From positions 3,840,001-3,904,000 of the forward strand of contig OY970194.1 in NCBI GenBank assembly GCA_963708075.1: a stretch of DNA of 64,000 nucleotides, read 5' to 3'. Made by a program: the position numbers and the translations under genes. The notes under the pieces were generated by a model that did no database searches, was not told the DNA's origin, and saw only the letters and a program-made list of their open reading frames with translations. Positions 60,001 to 64,000 of this stretch are shown in pieces. This DNA comes from Sedimentisphaerales bacterium (GTDB lineage Bacteria; Planctomycetota; Phycisphaerae; Sedimentisphaerales; Anaerobacaceae). Each line of letters starts with the position of its first letter. Positions within the stretch are counted from its first letter, which is position 1.

Positions 60001-60177
60001 CGTTTTTCTCCTTCTCTATATTGCCGCCACAAAGCAACCGAATTTCCGTTTCCTGTGGAGCGCCTCCGTCGACGGAGCGAGTATAAACACTATTGGGACC
60101 TCTGGAAATACTTCTTCACGATCCACTCCGGCTGCCATTGGTCTGGAACGCGCTTTCGCCCGGTCAGATCAACGGCA

Positions 60178-61560
60178 TCAGGAGGTCTTGTTCTCGGTGG
60201 GCAGCGCCAGTGTGTCGCCGACCTTGGCCTGCCATTCGCTCATCAACTTGAGCAACCGCCGGACATGTTCCGCGTATTCCGCACGGTCGATCAGATTGGT
60301 TTTCTCGTCCGGATCGGTCTGCAGATCGAACAATTGCATGTGGCCGATCTTCGGGTAGCAGATCAGTTTCCAGCGTTCGTCCCGCACCGCGCGCTGGATA
60401 TTGATGTATGGCAGAAACACCGAATCGCGGACTCGGTCCTTCTTGCCCTCCCACAGGGGACGCAGGCTCTCGCCTTCCAGGTCCGCGGGAGGTTGAACCC
60501 CGATCAGATCACACAGGGTTGGGAAAACATCCAGCAGGTAGCTGAAGGCCTGCGTGGATTTGCCTTGCGGAATGCCGGGACCGACGAAGATCAGCGGGAC
60601 ACGCATGCTGTGCTCGAACACGCTCTGCTTGCCCAGCAGGCCGTGGCTGCCCAGGGCAAGTCCGTTGTCGGCGGCATAGATGATCAAGGTGTTGTCTGCC
60701 TGGCCGGTCTGTTTCAAGGCCTCCAGAATCCGCCCGATCTGCCCGTCCAGGTGCGTGATCATGCCATAGTATTCGGCCAGTTGGTCGCGAATGACGGCCT
60801 CGGTCCGCGGCCAGGCGGCCAGGTTCTCGTCGCGGCCGCCTTTCATCATGCCGTTGTCGAAGGGAAGCTGCGGAAGGAAGTTCGCGGGCAGCGGAGGCAG
60901 ATTCCGATAGTACATTTCCCGAAACGCCATCGGCGGCATCCGGGGATCATGCGGGGCGGTAAAGGCCACATAGGCAAAGAAGGGCTTTTTCCCATCCTGG
61001 TTTCGAAGGAACTCGATCGCGGCGTCCGCAAACAACTCGCTGGAGAACTTCTCGCCCGTGCGCACTTCGGTCAGCTTGCCGTCCGGGCCGAGGTCTCGGA
61101 CCGGCACCTTGGTGTGATCCGCCATGCCGCCGAAGAAGATGTTCTTCCCCTGCTGGAAGGCACGCAGCCAGGAGGGCTGGCCGTTGTGCCATTTGCCGGT
61201 GCCGAACGTCACGTAGCCGTTCTCCTGCAGCAGTTCCGGCAGCAGTTTGGCGCCTTTGAGGGACGCGGTATCCACGTGGAACCAGGTCTTGCCGCTCATC
61301 AGCATCGCCCGGCTGGGCACGCATACCGCACCGCTGTTGCCTCCAAAGCAGTAGTTGGTCCGGAAGCTGAAACCTGAGGCCACCAGCTTGTCTAGGTTCG
61401 GGGTCTTGATGTGCGGATTGCCCAGGGCTGCGATGGTGTCGGCGCGCTGGTCGTCGGCGAAAAGGAACAGGATATTGGGCTTCCCGGCGCCGCAGGCCAA
61501 GGGGCCGGAACAAGACACGACCAACAACAAGCTAATGACCCACTGGGTACGGCGTCTCAT
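60178..61560 (-). CDS. Sulfatase (Cys-type)
   Basis: [35 protein letters not shown]...GSHG..GKQ..FEHS.RVP. Confidence 0.94.
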   Translation of the reverse strand: MRRRTQWVISLLLVVSCSGPLACGAGKPNILFLFADDQRADTIAALGNPHIKTPNLDKLVASGFSFRTNYCFGGNSGAVCVPSRAMLMSGKTWFHVDTASLKGAKLLPELLQENGYVTFGTGKWHNGQPSWLRAFQQGKNIFFGGMADHTKVPVRDLGPDGKLTEVRTGEKFSSELFADAAIEFLRNQDGKKPFFAYVAFTAPHDPRMPPMAFREMYYRNLPPLPANFLPQLPFDNGMMKGGRDENLAAWPRTEAVIRDQLAEYYGMITHLDGQIGRILEALKQTGQADNTLIIYAADNGLALGSHGLLGKQSVFEHSMRVPLIFVGPGIPQGKSTQAFSYLLDVFPTLCDLIGVQPPADLEGESLRPLWEGKKDRVRDSVFLPYINIQRAVRDERWKLICYPKIGHMQLFDLQTDPDEKTNLIDRAEYAEHVRRLLKLMSEWQAKVGDTLALPTENKTS

Positions 61561-64000
61561 TTTTTGTCCTTTCGTCTGGTCTTCATCGTCGCCTTTTGAC
61601 CTTTGGCTTTGCCTTCGTTCGCCTGCTCAAAGGCGCGGTCGAGCTCCGGGGGCCGGGCACCTTTGAACTGATCCAATACTCCCTGAAGCCGCTTCGCCGC
61701 TGTCACGGCTTCACCATCGAGCGATGCCACTGCGAGCGGCTGTTTCTCCTCCACATCCTTGCGGAGGTCGAAGAATTCGCCGGAGCGGTAGAGCTTGTAA
61801 TGCTGATTGAAAGCAAACTCCCTGACGGTCATGTCGGCAGATTGGCGAGGCGAATACCATGAGTAGATCCAGTCGCGCGGCTGTCCTTCCGCGCCGAGGA
61901 GTTGTGGGAGAAACGTGCGGCCGTCCAACATCAGACTGGACTGTGCCGTCACACCTGCGGCATCGAGGAGGGTTGGCAGGAAGTCCGTGCTATCCACAAG
62001 GTCGGAGCAGATATTTCCGGCCGCAATCTTCCCGGGCCAGTTCACAATGAGCGGCACGTGCATCCCTGCGACAGTAGTTTGCCCCTTGCCACCAACGACC
62101 AGCTTGTCTCCCATCATCGAGCGCGTGCCCCGGCCCGTGCCATTGTCGCCGACAAAGAGAAGAAGCGTATTGTCGCGGATGCCAAGCGAATCGAGCCGTG
62201 CGACCAGTTTGCCGACGAGCTTGTCCATGTACGCGACCATGTCGGCAAAGTGTTCCGCCTTTGCGTTTACCTGCTCGCCCTGTGCCTTCGGGTCCCAGTC
62301 CTTACTATCAGGCGTCGGCTGGTAAGGAGCGTGCGTCAGCATCATGGGGTAGTAGAGGAAGAACGGGCCGTCTTTCTTGCGCGTGATGAAATCGAGCGCG
62401 TAGTCGTTCACGAGATCGGGCCCGTATTCGCCGTTGGCGTAGTCCTTCTCAACCCCGTTGATTTCGAGACCCGGGTTCGCGTAACGCGGCGGACGGCGGG
62501 TGTGCTGCCAGAGGCAGTACTCGTCGAATCCGAACTTCTTCGGCAACCCGACCTCCCGGCCCAGTTGCCATTTGCCCGCGATGCACGTCGCGTAACCGGC
62601 TTGCCTGAGCAGATTGCCAAAAGTGACCGCCGTGCGGATCCATGTTCCCGAAGTTGATGTAGTTCCTCACATTGTAGCGGCCAGTCATTATTTGCACGCG
62701 GGTCGGCGTGCAGAGCGGCTGCACGAAACAGTGCGTGAAGCGCATCCCGGTTGCGGTCAGCTTGTCGAGCTGGGGCGTCTTGTAGCTGGTGCCGCCGTCA
62801 GCGCCGATGGTCTCATAGCCAAGGTCGTCGGCCATAATGAGGATGATGTTTGGCTGGCCGGCGGCCTGCCTGGGGCCAGATTCCGATTTCGGTTCAAAGC
62901 CCGGCCGTACCTTGCCATCTTGTCCGATGAGTGGCTGAGCGTCCGCCACTTTGCCGAGGGGACGGCAGCCCGGTCCGAAGCCGCCGACGCCGAGGTCGTC
63001 CTTCATCCTTGTCACGAGCTTCTTCCAGCCGTGCAACGATTTCTGGATGCCGTGCGGCGACATCAGTGCTCTCGCCAACGTCCGACTTGAGATTGAACAG
63101 AAGAGCGGCAGTCCTTGCTTTCGCGCCCCCTCTGGCTTTCGCCTTGCCGGCGGCAGCGACGGGCAGCACGAGCTTCCATTCCCCATCGCGGACGGCTTCG
63201 AGCTCAAGACCCCGGAAATAATAGAAGACCTCGTGAGGACCAGGTTTGCCGGGGTCATCCATAAAGACGGAGCGAATGTCCGCGCCGTCGATCTTCCGGT
63301 CGGCGGGAACTGTGGCGCCGGCGAGGCCCGCGAACGTGGGCAGGATATCGAACATGCCGCAGATGGCATCGCTGGATGTCCCCGCAGGGATTCTGCCCGG
63401 CCACCAGGCGATGGCTGGAACGCGCACCCCGCCTTCCCAGGTCGAGCCTTTATTGCCCCGCAGCGGACGGTTGACGGCCCTGGGTGTGCCGCCGTTGTCG
63501 CTCACGAAAACAACGAGCGTCTTTTCCGCTATGCCGTGTGTCCGTAGAGCGTTGAGCACTTCGCCCACGCTCCAGTCCATTTCCTCGACCCAATCCCCGT
63601 AGAGGCCGTTGGCCGATTTGCCACGGAACCTTTCGCCCGGATACAGCGGAAAATGCACTGCGTTGTGCGCGAGGTAGAGGAAGAAGTGTTTGTCCTTGTG
63701 TGCCTGGATGAATCGCAACGCCTCCTCGGTGTATCGAGTGACCAGTTGGGTCTGGTCCGACGCGAGGACCCGCTGGATGACTGTCTCCCCCCGCATCAAC
63801 GGCAGCGGCGGCTGCGGGTTCTTTGGCGAGACTGGCAACGGATCGCCGAAGTTGCTCTTGACGCCATCGGCCGCGGGGCCCATGTCATTGGAGTAGGGAA
63901 GACCGAACCATTCGTCGAATCCCTGACGCGTGGGTAAAAACTCCGGTTGATCGCCGAGATGCCATTTGCCCACGATGCCCGTGACATAGCCGGCCGACTT
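61557..64000 (-). CDS. Tandem two-domain sulfatase, 5' end outside the window; +1 frameshifts near 63023 and 62632
   Basis: Domain 1 GKWHLG...PYSNDM...SDNGG...KGSTWEGG; corrected [14 protein letters not shown] linker; domain 2 [17 protein letters not shown]; corrected [28 protein letters not shown] continues into 61557..62546. Confidence 0.85.

Noticed and set aside
60064..60077. Perfect palindrome CTCCGTCGACGGAG
   Set aside because: Single GC-rich occurrence with no U-tract and no second copy; a function cannot be supported.

Overview
GC-rich, gene-dense bacterial chromosome segment. The protein styles (FxTTxWS-type ECF sigma factor plus Ser/Thr kinase, N-x-x-F-x-DGH prepilin-like protein, YYWRIDEV repeats, several sulfatases) suggest a planctomycete, probably Phycisphaerae; this is an inference. 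Left to right: (1) thiS-thiG under a TPP riboswitch, a stand-alone LigD phosphoesterase and a ThiF-like E1; (2) a ~16.4 kb minus-strand sulfur assimilation operon (cysK, HcyS-like sulfur carrier ending GGGA, metY-like, HcyF-like E1, JAMM peptidase in frame with sulfite reductase-TusA, DUF2061-like, cysH, cysD, cysN, cystathionine lyase/synthase, OprO/P porin, sbp-cysT-cysW-cysA) facing a divergent Rrf2 regulator; (3) secreted multidomain hydrolases; (4) a gspC-M type II secretion operon headed by a myxosortase-like CPBP intramembrane protease; (5) two secreted protease-like genes, an ECF sigma factor, a ~1800 aa surface protein with an internally deleted duplicate of its C-terminus, a Ser/Thr kinase and a prepilin-like gene; (6) sulfatases. 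The strongest new signal is that four unrelated proteins of the cysK locus (Rrf2, DUF2061-like, CysN, CysA) all end in [D/E]-Y-x-I-COOH, the type of tail known to dock into the CysK active site. This suggests CysK acts as a hub coupling sulfate uptake, sulfate activation and transcription. Seven single-base frameshifts, mostly in short homopolymers, look like sequencing errors rather than pseudogenes. All family calls come from motif recognition by eye; no searches were run.
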